A stretch of 64,000 nt of DNA from Eledone cirrhosa (lineage: Eukaryota), in the NCBI GenBank assembly GCA_964016885.1, contig OZ024747.1, positions 15,810,001 through 15,874,000 of the forward strand, written 5' to 3'. The position numbers and the translations under genes were made by a program. The notes under the pieces were generated by a model that was given only the letters and a program-made list of their open reading frames with translations, searched no databases and was not told where the DNA came from. Shown piece after piece: positions 13,723-27,489 of the stretch. The stretch's first letter is position 1; the number at the start of each line of letters is the position of its first letter.

Positions 13723-14127
13723 GTGATGAATGCTGATTCACACACATACACACACACAGAAAAACATATATATATATATAAGGATAGAGAAAGAAAGAGG
13801 GAGAGAGATCTGCGCGTTCTTTATTGTTCTCCATTCTGTAGAGGAAGAACGAGAGAGAGGGGGTGTGAGTGAGAGAGAGAGAGCGCGACAGAAAGAAAGA
13901 GAGGGTATGCGAAAAAAAGGGAGAGAGTGGTTGAGAAAGAAAGAAAGAGAGTGAGGAACCTTAACTTTTATTTATATTCTTTACACACTGTTCAACTCTC
14001 CGCTTTCCTCAACCTTACGTCTCTCTCTCTCTTTCACACAAGACGTACTGTGACTGTGTGTGTGTTATATATATTTAATATCCGCACAAACACACACACA
14101 CACACAAAAGACGCATCTCTCCCTCTT

Positions 14128-14239
<112 letters not shown>

Positions 14240-14849
14240 ATAAGAACAGATTAAAGTTTAAGCAAACAATTGCTGCTTTCAACATTAACGGGATCTTCTG
14301 AAACTAAAAAATTCAATCTGTGAACGCAGAGGTAAATATTTCGAGAAACATTGCAACCGAAAGTAAACAGGAAGACGATATTTTGCTTCGTGAAAACGTT
14401 CCCTGGCAATGAACGGAAAACAAGCGAGGATAATACGTCGTTATGTGGACAGAGAGGAACAATTTCATACAATGACAAGACCAAGTTTATGGTATAAATG
14501 GAATCGTTAGACTAAGGTTCTATTTAAAATAACCGAATGATTTCCAGTCCCGGAGTTTAAGAATGATGTAAATAAAATTGTAAACGAAAATGACAGAGGC
14601 TATTAAAATAGTAAACGTAAATAGTGAAGATTTAGGCCAGTACATACGTATGCGCCGACGCATATACATATGCACACACAAATACATACACAAACACAAA
14701 AACACACACAAACGCGTCGCGCGCGCGATGGCGTGTTTAAATCTCATGCATTTCTACAGCATCTTCACCAAACTTAAGACATAGGTTACTTATGTACTCC
14801 GGATAGTCATGGACACTTTCATTTTTCGAGATATTGATTACAGGGCCTC

Positions 14850-15153
14850 CCGGCAGATAACCCCCTTTAACCGCTTTCTTGGAAGCAGTTCAATGCAACA
14901 AAACGTCATAACTTCTGGAGTTCGCAACCGATTTTCACAAAACTTGACACATGGCTACGTTTGTTCTACAGATGAATGTGAACTCTCAGAATTGGCACAT
15001 ATTGAATAGGGGACCCCTGAGGGCAGGAACAACCTTTTGGAATAAGCCGATGATTTTGTAAAAGTATAGTTTTTGAAGCAGCACAGAAGTATTAACATAA
15101 ATGATATACATAACTGCTATTTAATACCCGAGCAACGCCGGGTACCTCTGCTA

Positions 15154-15154
<1 letters not shown>
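14850..15154 (+). mobile_element. Non-autonomous Helitron-like element, 3' end (5' boundary uncertain)
   Basis: ACCCGAGCAACGCCGGGT hairpin followed by CTAG|T terminus. Confidence 0.65.
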
Positions 15155-15201
<47 letters not shown>

Positions 15202-15546
15202 CTGCTCATTATTCACACCTTTTCTCAAACGCATAATCTCCCATAAAGGTGAATGGACACATGGTATTTTCCTATTCTCATTTTAAACACGCACACACAC
15301 AGACGCACACACACAGTCACACAAACACAAAGACACACACGCACATACCCTCTCCCCCATTCTTTCAACAATTTTTCACCACACTTCTTTCTACTCTGCT
15401 CCTCAACCACATTATAGAAATCTCTTGCTCTCTGTCTCTCTCCAGCTGCTCCCCTTCTCGCCCACTTCTTCACACCCGCACATCCTTAAACAAAAAATAT
15501 ACACACTTTCTTTCCCCTCCTCCGTCTTCTCTTTTTGCTGCATTCT

Positions 15547-15646
<100 letters not shown>

Positions 15647-15661
15647 GTCTGTCTGTATCAG

Positions 15662-16372
15662 CCTGTAGGTTGAGTAAAAAGAGGAAGAGAGGAAAGGGGT
15701 ACTCACTCTTCGTACTCCTGGAGATGGGGGTTGCACATTTTTTCGCGGGTATGTGTTACCCATACGTAATGTCTCCCCCTATTGGGGAAAATCAATTGAT
15801 TTTTAAATTGCATTTGTGATAGTATTTTACACGTTTTTATTGTATGTAAACTTCCCCCTTTGTATTTGTCCCCTTCTTTTGTACCCCTGTGGCTAATAAA
15901 GAAACTTATCTATATCTGTCTATCTATCTATCCATCTATTTATCTATCTGTCTATCTATCTATCTATGGGCGACTGGCACATCGAATGTGCTCAGGCGCT
16001 AACAGTCCTCTGGCAAACGGACCCGGCGATCAGTGGAGATTCCACTTCGACATTCTATAGAGGGTTGATCCGCAGCAAGTGCAACGACACGCTCGGAGAA
16101 ATTCTGGGCGTAGAGGAGGACGCACTGGCCAGTCTGTTCGGTAGGACCTACCGCCCGGGACCAATGGACAACTTCCAAAAGTCCCTGGCCTGGCAGTGCT
16201 CCCGAAGAGCTCAACCAGTTCGAGACAAGCTCTATAGACACGGGCGCCCGGGTAGGGACCCTTCGAAAAAGATCTGTCTTAATAGTTTTATTTTCATATA
16301 CCTGTATATAAACTCCCCATTTGTATTTGTCCCCTTCCTTTGTGCCCTTGTGGCTAATAAAGAAATTTATCT
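15662..16372 (+). mobile_element. Two tandem Tx1/L1 3' fragments separated by (TATC)n; the second is internally deleted
   Basis: 15662-15907 matches the 3' UTR at 11730-11997. 15967-16278 matches 11010-11320 and jumps directly to the UTR end. Confidence 0.8.
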
Positions 16373-16739
16373 ATGTATCTCACCTACTGATATTCTTGCA
16401 CAAACATATTCACAATTTTCCCTCGTAGTATCCCTATCACCTCCTCCTCCTCCTCCTCATCATCATCATCATCATCATCACCACCACCAGCATCATCATC
16501 GTCATCATCATCATCACCATCGTCGTCATCCTCTTTTCCTTTTCCTCCTCTTATTTCCCATTTTCCCTTATTCACACATATAATTCAATTATCGCTGTTT
16601 CTATCACTTTCGCTGTATCATGCTATCCCACAGTCTTTCTTTTATCTAGGCATCTAAACATAAACATTATCTCTTTTTCTCTCTCTCTCTCTCACTCACT
16701 CTCTCTAACTCACGTGATGCAGCATGAACAAATGCTTAA

Positions 16740-16870
16740 GAAATTCGATTTGCAATCATAAAGTTTCACCTTCGATCCTATGGCGCGGATTTTCGGGTCA
16801 ATGTTATTTTCCTTAGCCCCGGGTGGACCCAAGCCTTGTGAGTGAATTTAGATAGATGAATATTGTTTGG
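16740..16870 (+). mobile_element. Degenerate SINE (second family)
   Basis: TTCGATCC B-box-like motif followed by TAGCCCCGGGTGGACCCAAGCCTTGTGAGTGAATTT, resembling an octopus SINE body from memory. Confidence 0.45.
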
Positions 16871-17693
16871 ACGCCTCTCAAAAGAAATGCACCTGTATTT
16901 CAAAAGCCAGCCTTGTCAGCCTGAATCAGAGGGAATCTACAAGAGAATTATATGAAACGTATACGTGTCTCTATAATAATCATTTCTACGAGCAATTTAC
17001 ATCGTGAAAACTGAAAGAGGTCCATTGCTCCTTCTTCCCCTTTTAGATTCCTGCAATACTAGATCTGGTTTATCTAAACTGTTGAATAGACCATGTTCGA
17101 CGCTGCTTGAGCAAACCTGTCATCAAATAACTTCTACCAGGAATAGCTTGTAATATTTTACGAAATATGGATACAACATTATGTAATACAGGTACAGCTA
17201 TCATCCGTTTAGGGGGACAAATAATATATCACCAGAAACATATGTCGAAATCAGAGATAATATTGAAGAGCGGGAAATTCAAAGGCCCACTCATAATTAT
17301 ATCCAAAATCAAAAGAGGTTTTGGACCACCTGTGGCAGGAAAATCCACTTTGTACATGTATTTTGTGAAGACAAGTGAATTAGTCTTTGTTTGATTCTTG
17401 GGTAATTCTTGGACCTGGCAATGCGATATCCTTTTGAGCAAAATTCTTTATTTCACGTTGCTCTCTCTGTGCCAGGTGTTAAGACTAATATATAATATCG
17501 TTGTTTTCTTGGTTCTCTGTAACGATCGGCATTTTATGTTCTTTGTCAAGGTGGTAAGGTTTAATTTGAAACCGATTTCAAAAATATTCTAGTACGGAGT
17601 CTAGTAAAATACGTAGTCGCTATCTCATAGACTCACTATTCTATATGCATACTTCATTAATTTTAAAATACTTTCATTATTAAAACTGTTCTG

Positions 17694-17860
17694 TATTGGC
17701 AGAATTGTTAGGTTGCCGGATAAAATAATTATTTACTGTACTTTTTCCGGCTCGTTGAGATCTGAGTTCAGTTTCCGCCAAGGTCAAATTCGTCTTTCGT
17801 CTTTTCGAAGTCAGCGAATATAACACCACTCATGATCTGGGATCAATTATTTCGTTTATG
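17694..17860 (+). mobile_element. Degenerate tRNA-derived SINE
   Basis: TTGGCAGAATTGTTAG (A box) ... CTGAGTTCAGTTTCCGCCAAGGTCAA. Confidence 0.55.
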
Positions 17861-18807
17861 TCTGCTCCTCAAAACTTGAACGTGACTCTATAAATGAATA
17901 TACATGAATTGCTTCTGTATTACATTTGAATACATATTAATAACACTAAGTTTCCTTTTTATTCAATATAAAATAACTATGGTCCACTCTGTATATATAT
18001 ATATATACAAACTGTCACGCACACGTTCACAAAAATTATATTTTCCGTTTTCTGATGACGACACGACACAGATATGAGAAGAATGGGAAACTATAATGCT
18101 AAGGGATTAAATGATCAATCAGAGCTATGAAATAATTTAATAAAGTTCAGATTATACAAGTCTTCAGTTTTATCAGTTTTACTCATTCTGACATAGTTAC
18201 AGTGTGATAACAAGAGAGAAATAACGTAGAAGGAATACATTGTGATAAGAGGATAGACATATCGAAGAAGGAATACAGAATTAATCCTGGTGAGAAAAAA
18301 GAAAGGCAGCCACTTCATACATTTGAAGAAGTTGACAGTGTACATGCAGAATAACAATGTCGAAACTAAATGTCTTTCTTCGTTTTCAGAATCCTTCTTC
18401 AAATTTCAGTGTTCCCAGTATAAGAGCAGCTTTTCGAAACGTCTATTTCAGAGGCGACAAAATAAGTAATATAATTCATAATAATACTGGAACTGTCACT
18501 TTGCTTAAGACTGGATTCGATGTATCAATTCTACTGCAACACATTCTTGGCAACTTTTTTTTAATTTAGTTTATGTGCATCTGTCCAAGGAGGTGTCACG
18601 AATAGATGAAGTTAGCAAACTGCGGCAAGACATGAGGTCTGAAATAGTGTTATGTTGTGCGTGAGGATCTTCTTTGTGTATCCGTCATTCCACTACCAGT
18701 GTGACTTTCTTTTGGACCTGAAGTCTGAATAGATGGTGTTACATGAGCGCAGGTCCGACTGGTTCATCGCCATTCTGATAGGATGGACAATTTTATGTAT
18801 TAATAAG

Positions 18808-18996
18808 AATAATTGTTTCTACTTTTGGCACAAGGCCAGCAATAACCAGTGCATTACTGGTACTTTATTTTATCGACCCCATAAGGATGAAAGGCAAAGT
18901 TAACCTCGGCTGGATTTGAACTCAAAATGGCAAGGGCCGTAGCTCTATGCGTCTAAGTATGGGGTCCGACCCTCTACTGATACTGCCAATCCACCA
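18808..18996 (-). mobile_element. tRNA-derived SINE, full length
   Basis: Reverse complement of GGTGGATTGGCAGTATCAGTAGAG...GAGTTCAAATCC...GGCCTTGTGCCAAAAGTAGAAACAATT. Confidence 0.9.
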
Positions 18997-20054
18997 ATAA
19001 GAATAATGTCAAGTAACTCCATTCAGGTCTCAAGTTAAATTTATTTCACAGGTGTAGTGCATCGGTAAAACATCTAGAGCATCTTGGAAAATATTTTGCG
19101 ACGAAGAAATTATCGTTCTTTAGGTCTCGAGTGCAAATCGCGGGTCGATGAAAGCGTTTATTTTCATCCACCATTGAAGAAATATGGTCGATATAAATGA
19201 GTGTGGACTTAGGTGAGTCATCAATGCTGAGTGGTCGGAAATTACTTTACAATGGTTCTAGTGGAACAGTGTAGCGTCATGGAACTATATTCCGAATGGA
19301 ATGCAAATGTTTCTACCACATGTGAATGTGTGCACTCCTAAAAAAAAAAATCCAGCTGAATATGATCACAAAAAGGGCTATGGAAATATAGATATACTAT
19401 ATAACATGGGAACATGAGAGAAATCAGTGCTACTAAAGAAATATAAACATCTTAACATCGTTTTTTTATCCTCTTAATTCTTTTCAAAGTTTATTATCGC
19501 CATGTAAGCTGAACAAAAAAGTATATTTTTTCTTTCGTTTTCTGGAACATAAAGTGAAGCCGAACCGTTGGTCAATAAACAACAAAGGTAGCTATATAAA
19601 TATTGGTCAATAATACGTGTAAGCTGTTTTATACATATTTTATACGCAGTTTACCCTTTGCAATACATCTAAAACTGCAATTGTAATTCCGGTTAACATG
19701 ATTCTAGCATTCGTTTATTCGTTTATTCACTTATTCGTGTACTAGAGTTTTAATAGATTGAATGATATGACATTCGCAATTCATTGAGTTGACAGTGATA
19801 TGAATGTAATCACATACTAAAATGATAGAAAGAAGTATATAAGAGGAGTGAATGGATGGGAAAGAGGGAAAGAAGTGCAATAGACGAAAAATGAGTGTGG
19901 CAGGGAACTACGATGTGTACGTTGACTAGAGGAGAATGTAGAGATTACGACGGCTAAGATATGTGTGTTAATACGACGGGTTAGCTACATTAAAACGACG
20001 ATGATGACGTACAAATACGCACACACACACACACACATACAGACACACACACAA

Positions 20055-20177
<123 letters not shown>

Positions 20178-20260
20178 GAGAGAGAGAAAATGAAAGAGTT
20201 GAAACGGAAATTAGGAGTGAAAGAGGTTGTGAGAGATGATAAATAGATTGATGGATAGGT

Positions 20261-20336
20261 GAAGAAGAAGAAGAAGAAGAAGAAGAAGAAGAAGAAGAAG
20301 AAGAAGAAGAAGAAGAAGAAGAAGAAGAAGAAGAAG

Positions 20337-20413
<77 letters not shown>

Positions 20414-20428
20414 ACTACTACAACTACG
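20261..20428. repeat. (GAA)n followed by (CTG)n/(CTA)n microsatellite
   Basis: Directly visible. Confidence 0.95.
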
Positions 20429-20900
20429 ACAATAACAGTACAAACAACAGAGGAGTGAATGACGGATACAACTGTTGTGATAAGTGAAAGAGATTTAAAT
20501 GAAAGTTGTTTGCAAAATTCAAATGGACAGGAAAGTGTGAAAATAACTGAAGTATAAGAGAGGGGCAATGGAGATCGAAACATGTTTAATTGGGGTAGAA
20601 AGTGAATAATGCAACAAGGCAACATCTACAGAGGATATGAATAGAATTTTATATTGATTTGTGTGTATATTTGTATGTGTATGGGTGTACATACATACAT
20701 AGAAATGTGTGTATGCTTGTATGTATGCTTGTGCGTATGTTTGTATGTATGATTGTATATATATATATACAAGCATACACACAAGCATACATCCATACAT
20801 ATATACATACATAAATAAATACATACTTACATACATACAAGCATACATACAAGCATACACACATACATACATATATACATACATACATTCATGCATAGCT

Positions 20901-20978
<78 letters not shown>

Positions 20979-21049
20979 GCATACATACATAAATATATAC
21001 ATTGTACTTACCTTCATTCATTCATACATACAAGTATAGCTACACACAC

Positions 21050-21109
<60 letters not shown>

Positions 21110-21608
21110 ACATATATGCATACATAATACATAGATATATATATATATAGATATACATAGAGAGTAAGGCAAACGCACGCATTGGGACAGAGATTACAGA
21201 GAGACAAGCAATCGGAGAAGATGGCGACGAAGGTAAAGAGCTCGCCTTAGCATGAAAGAAGAATATTATTAACACGAGGGACTCTTGGTGATGTCGGTAA
21301 AACCAACATGCTAATTCGAAGGGACAGACAACATTGTAAAGCGTACGAACAATTGTAAGCGATTCTCAATAATTCAATTTAGCGATGCTCACAGAGAAGA
21401 ACGTTTGTGGAATTAATATAACAGTGCTCTGTCTATGGGTAGTCACTTGTTTCTCTATATCTAACTCTATAATACCTTTTATTTGTCATTACATGTATTT
21501 ATTTGATTTATCTTCTAACGATCGCCGAGCTTCCTCTACCTCTGTTGCTTTCTCTATCTAGTCTCTCTATACATCGACACTTACATTGATATGGACATAC
21601 ATCCATAT

Positions 21609-21643
<35 letters not shown>

Positions 21644-21810
21644 CACATAGACACACACACACACATACACATAGACACACACACACACACACATATATAT
21701 ATATTTATATTTATTTATGTATATATGTATAAATATATATATATATATATAGATAGATATGTAGAGATGTAGATAGATATGCACACACACACATATATGT
21801 ATATATATAC

Positions 21811-21847
<37 letters not shown>

Positions 21848-22389
21848 GTACGTAACCTTGTCTCGCCATCTCTCTCACACTTATTCTCTCTCTCTCTTTC
21901 TCTCTTGCTCTGTGTGTTTCTCTTTTCTTACCTCATCTTATCAGTTTTGTGTCTTTAAATTTTATTGACTCCTTGTGATGTGACCCTTGAGTGATGGAGT
22001 AAAGGAAAAAGAACGAAAGCCAGATAGATTGATTTAGGGAAGAGAGGGTAGAAAGAAAGCATGAAGGAATGAACCAGAGATAGCAGGAAGGAGGGAGAGA
22101 TAAAGAGAAAACTGGAGGTATTATATATCTAACACAACCTGTGTACGATACATTTGTAAAAATAAATGCTGTGTCACGAATAGTAGTGTTAGCCGAATAT
22201 ATTTGAACTACGAAACTACTGATGGTGTTGGCGATAATACGTTTTAAGCTCTACATCACCAACGAAGTGGAAAACGGGGTATGCCTTTAATCGGATCTGG
22301 TTGCTGTTGGCCAATGAACGAAACAAATCAATATGCTGCGAATGGAGGATAACTTTGAGTTAATCCACTTTAGAAAGAGGCTGCACTTG

Positions 22390-22580
22390 TGGTATCCAAC
22401 ATGGTCAGAAGCCTTGGAGTAATTGTCGATAACAACTAAGCTGGAGTACCATATAAACAACAAATTGATATGTCTTGAAGGATGTGTTCTTGGATTCTTA
22501 GACAAGTTCCATTCTAGAAATGATCAAATCATTATGCTTCTCTTCCGTACTTTCGCCCGGTACTACCTTGACTAATACTG
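22390..22580 (+). pseudogene. Degenerate CR1/L2-group LINE RT, C-terminal fragment
   Basis: Frameshifted translation VRSLGVIVDNN/SWS...RMCSWIL...SRNDQIIMLLFRTFARYYLD. Confidence 0.6.
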
Positions 22581-22959
22581 AAGAAACATAACTTTCTCCT
22601 CTCCCAGATAGATTATCTTTTCTAATCTTTACTCGAATATCTCCTCTTGTTCCCTTTAACACACGACTGACACGCTTTTACACTCCCTTTCTTCACAGAC
22701 ATGCTTCGAGCTGGAGGCATTTCTCCTTGCCTCCATGTAGCCCTCGTGTCTGTATTTGATTTGTAAGTCAAACGATCTTTTGTTTGATTTTGTTATCTGC
22801 CGATGATTTATCCCATGGATGTATTTACAATTTTTGGTTCTAATTTGTTTGTTTGTTTGAACATTGTCCGCACAAAATATTCTGTTCCTCGTGTTTGGGC
22901 TTATCCTCCGAACGAAGACTTCCTAATTTGGACGTATGATTGTCGTTGAATCTATGCTA

Positions 22960-23167
22960 TATAGGCACAAGGCTAGTAATTTGGGGGAAGGGGATAGTCG
23001 ATCAAATCGACCATAGTACGTTACTGGTGTTTTATTTTATCGACCTCGTAAGGATGAAAGGCAAAGTTAACCGCGGCGGGATTTGAACTCATACCGTAAA
23101 GGGGAATAACTCTATGCTGCAAAGCATGGCGTCCGACCCACTACCGATACTGCCAATCCACCGCCCT
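22960..23167 (-). mobile_element. tRNA-derived SINE
   Basis: Same family as 18808, with the longer GGGGAAGGGGATAGTCGAT tail variant. Confidence 0.9.
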
Positions 23168-23598
23168 TAATCTAAGCTATAATTAACGACGTTTTACCTA
23201 AATAAAATCTTAAGTTTAGAGGGATATTCTAAGTTTCGGAAGTTTAAGTTGGTGTTGTTGTGTCCGTCTCATTCTACAGCTTTTATGGGGCACGTTTCTG
23301 TACTGTACCTTTAGTTCGTATTTCGTTCCATTTCCCACAAGTCATTACTAGTCATCTATCATATATTCCAACATATTACGCTATTGTCCCATTGCTCTAA
23401 CATTATTCACAGCGAACAGACCTCTCGTTTTGGGCTTCCATATCTTTGTCTTCCGTACAGATTCTCTGTCCGATCACACACACAATTATCGCCTCTCCGT
23501 CATTCTCTGAAAGACGCAACAGCGAGGAGGTTCTGATTAGGCAGTCTTCACAGCCATGCTTCAAGGTGGAAACGATTTCTCTCTCACGCACCCGCTCC

Positions 23599-23635
<37 letters not shown>

Positions 23636-23873
23636 CCATGTACTCCCCTTTCTCTTTCTCTAGCGATATGTTCTCCATGGTGACTTCATGTTCTAATTCT
23701 AACATCGTGTTGTTCGATTTTGGTACCACAGCCATTTTGATTCTGCCTCCCTATGATTTTATTCCAAATATATATTTAAAATTTATGCCGTTCGTCTATC
23801 GTACTTGTTTGTTTTTCTATGTATCATCCGCACATAGTGAAGTTTATATCTTCCTAATCTGGAAGTTTCGACG

Positions 23874-24397
23874 TTGTAGGACTCAAAACAATGGTTTCCA
23901 GACACTTTACCTAACGAAGATCCGTCAGATTTTAGGAGTCAGCTGAAGATCAGATATGTTTGTCGTTATTCAAATGTTTGTAGGACTCAAAACAATGTTT
24001 TCCCAACACTTTACCTAACGAAAATCCGTGAGTTTTTAGGAGTTAGCTGAAGATCAAATATGTTTGTGGTTATTCAAATGTTTGTAGGACTCAAAACAAT
24101 GTGTTCCCAACACTTTGTGTAACGTAAAACCGTGAGTTTTTAGGAGTCAGCTGAAGATCAAATATGTTTGTGGTTATTCAAATGTTTGTAGGACTCAAAA
24201 CAATGTTTTCCCAACACTTTATGTAACGAAAATCCGTGAGATTTAAGAAGTCAGCTGAAGATCAGATATGTTTGTAGTTATTCAAATGTTTGTAGGACTC
24301 AAAACAATGTTTTCCCAACACTTTATGTAACGTAAAATCGTGAGTTTTTTGGAGTCAGCTGAAGATCAAATATGTTTGTGGTTATTCAAATGTTTGT
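23874..24397. repeat. 104-bp minisatellite, 5 copies
   Basis: GTAGGACTCAAAACAAT at 23876, 23980, 24084, 24188 and 24292. Confidence 0.95.
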
Positions 24398-24592
24398 GGC
24401 AATACACAGTTTTTTTTCTACATGTCTGTACTGCTCTCTGTATTCGTGGTTTGTCCCATTTTCCCCCCTTTTCAGTACATATGATTTATTACATATTCCA
24501 ACGTAACACATTATTTTCTCATCTCTCTCTAGCATTTAGTTTATTATATTTAACTGTTATCAGACATCTATATCTAGTCATCTATTCATTTG

Positions 24593-24698
<106 letters not shown>

Positions 24699-24758
24699 GT
24701 ATGCATTTGTTTGCGTTTGTATGCATATACATATATGTGTGTGTGATTGTGGATGTGG

Positions 24759-24794
<36 letters not shown>

Positions 24795-25373
24795 ATCCAT
24801 ACACAAAGGGTCTTGTATCCAATCATATAGTACAATGAGATGATGCTTGCTCTTGTTACACATGTCTTCAAATTTCCCCCCTACACACAAATCACAAGAA
24901 ATACCAGATATTTAGCGAAAAAAATAAAGATTTTCGTATACATGGTATATTGTAATAAAAAGGACAACTTGTACATCGAGGACTGTAGAATGCTGTGACG
25001 TTATAAATGAAATGTACAGCGGGAAATTGCTTTCATTTCCGTTAGGTTTTATTTATTTTTGTTACTGATCTTGTTATTATTACTCTTTATTTACGTAATT
25101 TGGGGGTTATTTCCTTGATAAGAATACACAAAAAAGATGTTTAATAGCAGGCCTAAACGAATACAGCATAGCTATGAATAATAATAATAATAATAATGCA
25201 GTGATAATATCGCTTGTATTTATTCTTTTATTATTTTATTATATACGCACATATACGGCAACACACACACACGATGGCATATACATACACACACAAGAGC
25301 ATATACATACTTGCATATGTATATATGGATATAAATGTATATATATATATATGTATATATATGTATATATATA

Positions 25374-25498
<125 letters not shown>

Positions 25499-25551
25499 GT
25501 ATATATATATATGTATATATATGTCTATATATATATGTATATATATGTCTA

Positions 25552-25585
<34 letters not shown>

Positions 25586-25589
25586 CGTT

Positions 25590-25633
<44 letters not shown>

Positions 25634-26444
25634 TATATACATATATATATATATACATACATATATATATATATACATACATATATATATAAACACGCAT
25701 ATATACATGCATACACTCATACATACATACATTCATACATACATAGACAGATACATAAACTCATATATTCATACATACATACATACATGTATGCATACAT
25801 ATATATACCTACCTACATACGCACATACATAAATGCATATGTACATTCATACATAAATACACATGTATATGCATATATGTATGCCGGTATAAATTACAAA
25901 ACGCACCAACAATTCAAAATATACAATATATATCTTAAGTGCTAACATGTTTCAAGAAACTTAGATAATGGCTTGAGTATATGGAATAGCAATATAAATA
26001 CAAATTCCCAATATATTGCAGAGAAAAGAACATAAATACTTTACATGATATCGAAACTAAACATGGTTTGAAATATGTTCTTGTCTTTTATTCAAGAGGA
26101 ATATCTTCTTTGGAGTATATTCGTTGATATTGATTTATAAGAGCTCTCCCTGAGGTATGTGATATATAAAAAAAAAGCTATCGTAGATCCCTCTTAAAAA
26201 TTGAATCTATTTTAATGGGTTTTCACCTCTCGTCCCCATGACTAGCATATATAGTAATGTGGTTGAGTAATATTTAGTTCAAAATCGAACTGAGCGTAAA
26301 GTAATTCGCATCTGCAAATATGAAGCGAATATTTGTAATAAATATAGTAATTCAAGTCATCTTAGCGTGAGGTTGATCAATAACATTTAAGATTAATAAA
26401 TTTGTACGTTATACATATTTTAATAGCTATATATGCACACACAC

Positions 26445-26489
<45 letters not shown>

Positions 26490-26505
26490 TCTCTCTCTCT
26501 CTCTG

Positions 26506-26536
<31 letters not shown>

Positions 26537-26545
<9 letters not shown>

Positions 26546-26627
26546 TCCTATTACCCACTCTACTACTCTAAGCATCGTGCGTTCTGGTGCGTTATGGTCC
26601 ACCTGGTTCCTTACCACACTTTCTTTG

Positions 26628-26630
<3 letters not shown>
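26537..26630 (+). mobile_element. 3' tail of pLTR family H7 in (TA)n
   Basis: TTCCTATTACCCACTCTACTA...GGTCCACCTGGTTCCTTACCAC is shared with 32727, 36821 and 57455. Confidence 0.8.
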
Positions 26631-26670
<40 letters not shown>

Positions 26671-26764
26671 CAGTCGATCGACTTTCGTCAAATCGAACCG
26701 AGGAAACTATGTTTCTATTCGTTTTTCCAATTGCTACCAGGTAGAAGGAGCAACTCCAGGTAGA

Positions 26765-26885
26765 AGGAGCAGCGTCAAATAAAGAGTCTTGATCAAGGAC
26801 ATAACGCATCACTCGGTCCAGGAATCGAACTCACTACATAACGATTACGAATCCAATTTTCTAACAACTCAGCCAAGCACCTTTA
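26765..26885 (-). mobile_element. tRNA-derived SINE head (third family)
   Basis: GTCTTGATCAAGGACATAACGC...AGGAATCGAACTC (B box on minus)...CTAACAACTCAGCCA (A-box-like on minus). Confidence 0.55.
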
Positions 26886-27489
26886 CATGATATATATATA
26901 GTAAGGTTAATCTATTACTGTGGATTAATACGTCATCAGTAATATCTTAGATTAAGAATATCCCTGGTGAAATTAAAGCTAAGTTTCCTCAGTTTGACAT
27001 TACGGACATCTACTTCTCTTTTCCCCGTGAAGTTTAGATAGAATGTTAAACGTTGCACGTGGATTCGACCCGATTAATGGCCAGGAATCTAAACTATAAT
27101 AAAGTAAGGTGCGCGGGACTGCGTTTGGTTTATAATTTTTTATCCCATTAGTAAAACAAGTTGGATTACTTTGAATAAATAATGAATGAATATTACATAA
27201 TTTATCTACTAAATGTTGATTAAATATATTTTGTTTATTTAAAGATTCACTTTAAAATTTCTGAAATGTCAACTTTCGGTTGGACATCGCTTAAATAAAC
27301 ATACTAATTTTCTGTCACTAATTTTCTCCTAATGCAGTTTATATATATAATATCGTCTTTTTTAATGTATCATGGATTACGTTACTGATTAAATAAGACA
27401 GTGTAACGTAGACTTAGTTAAATGTGTATGTATAATATATTGTCAATAACGATTTTATTTGATGTATCATATCTACATGTATATATATA

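Noticed and set aside
23874-24397. CRISPR array or HHR retrozyme in the 104-bp repeat
   Set aside because: No unique spacers and a eukaryotic context. CTGAAGA is present, but no consistent stems or GAAA placement.
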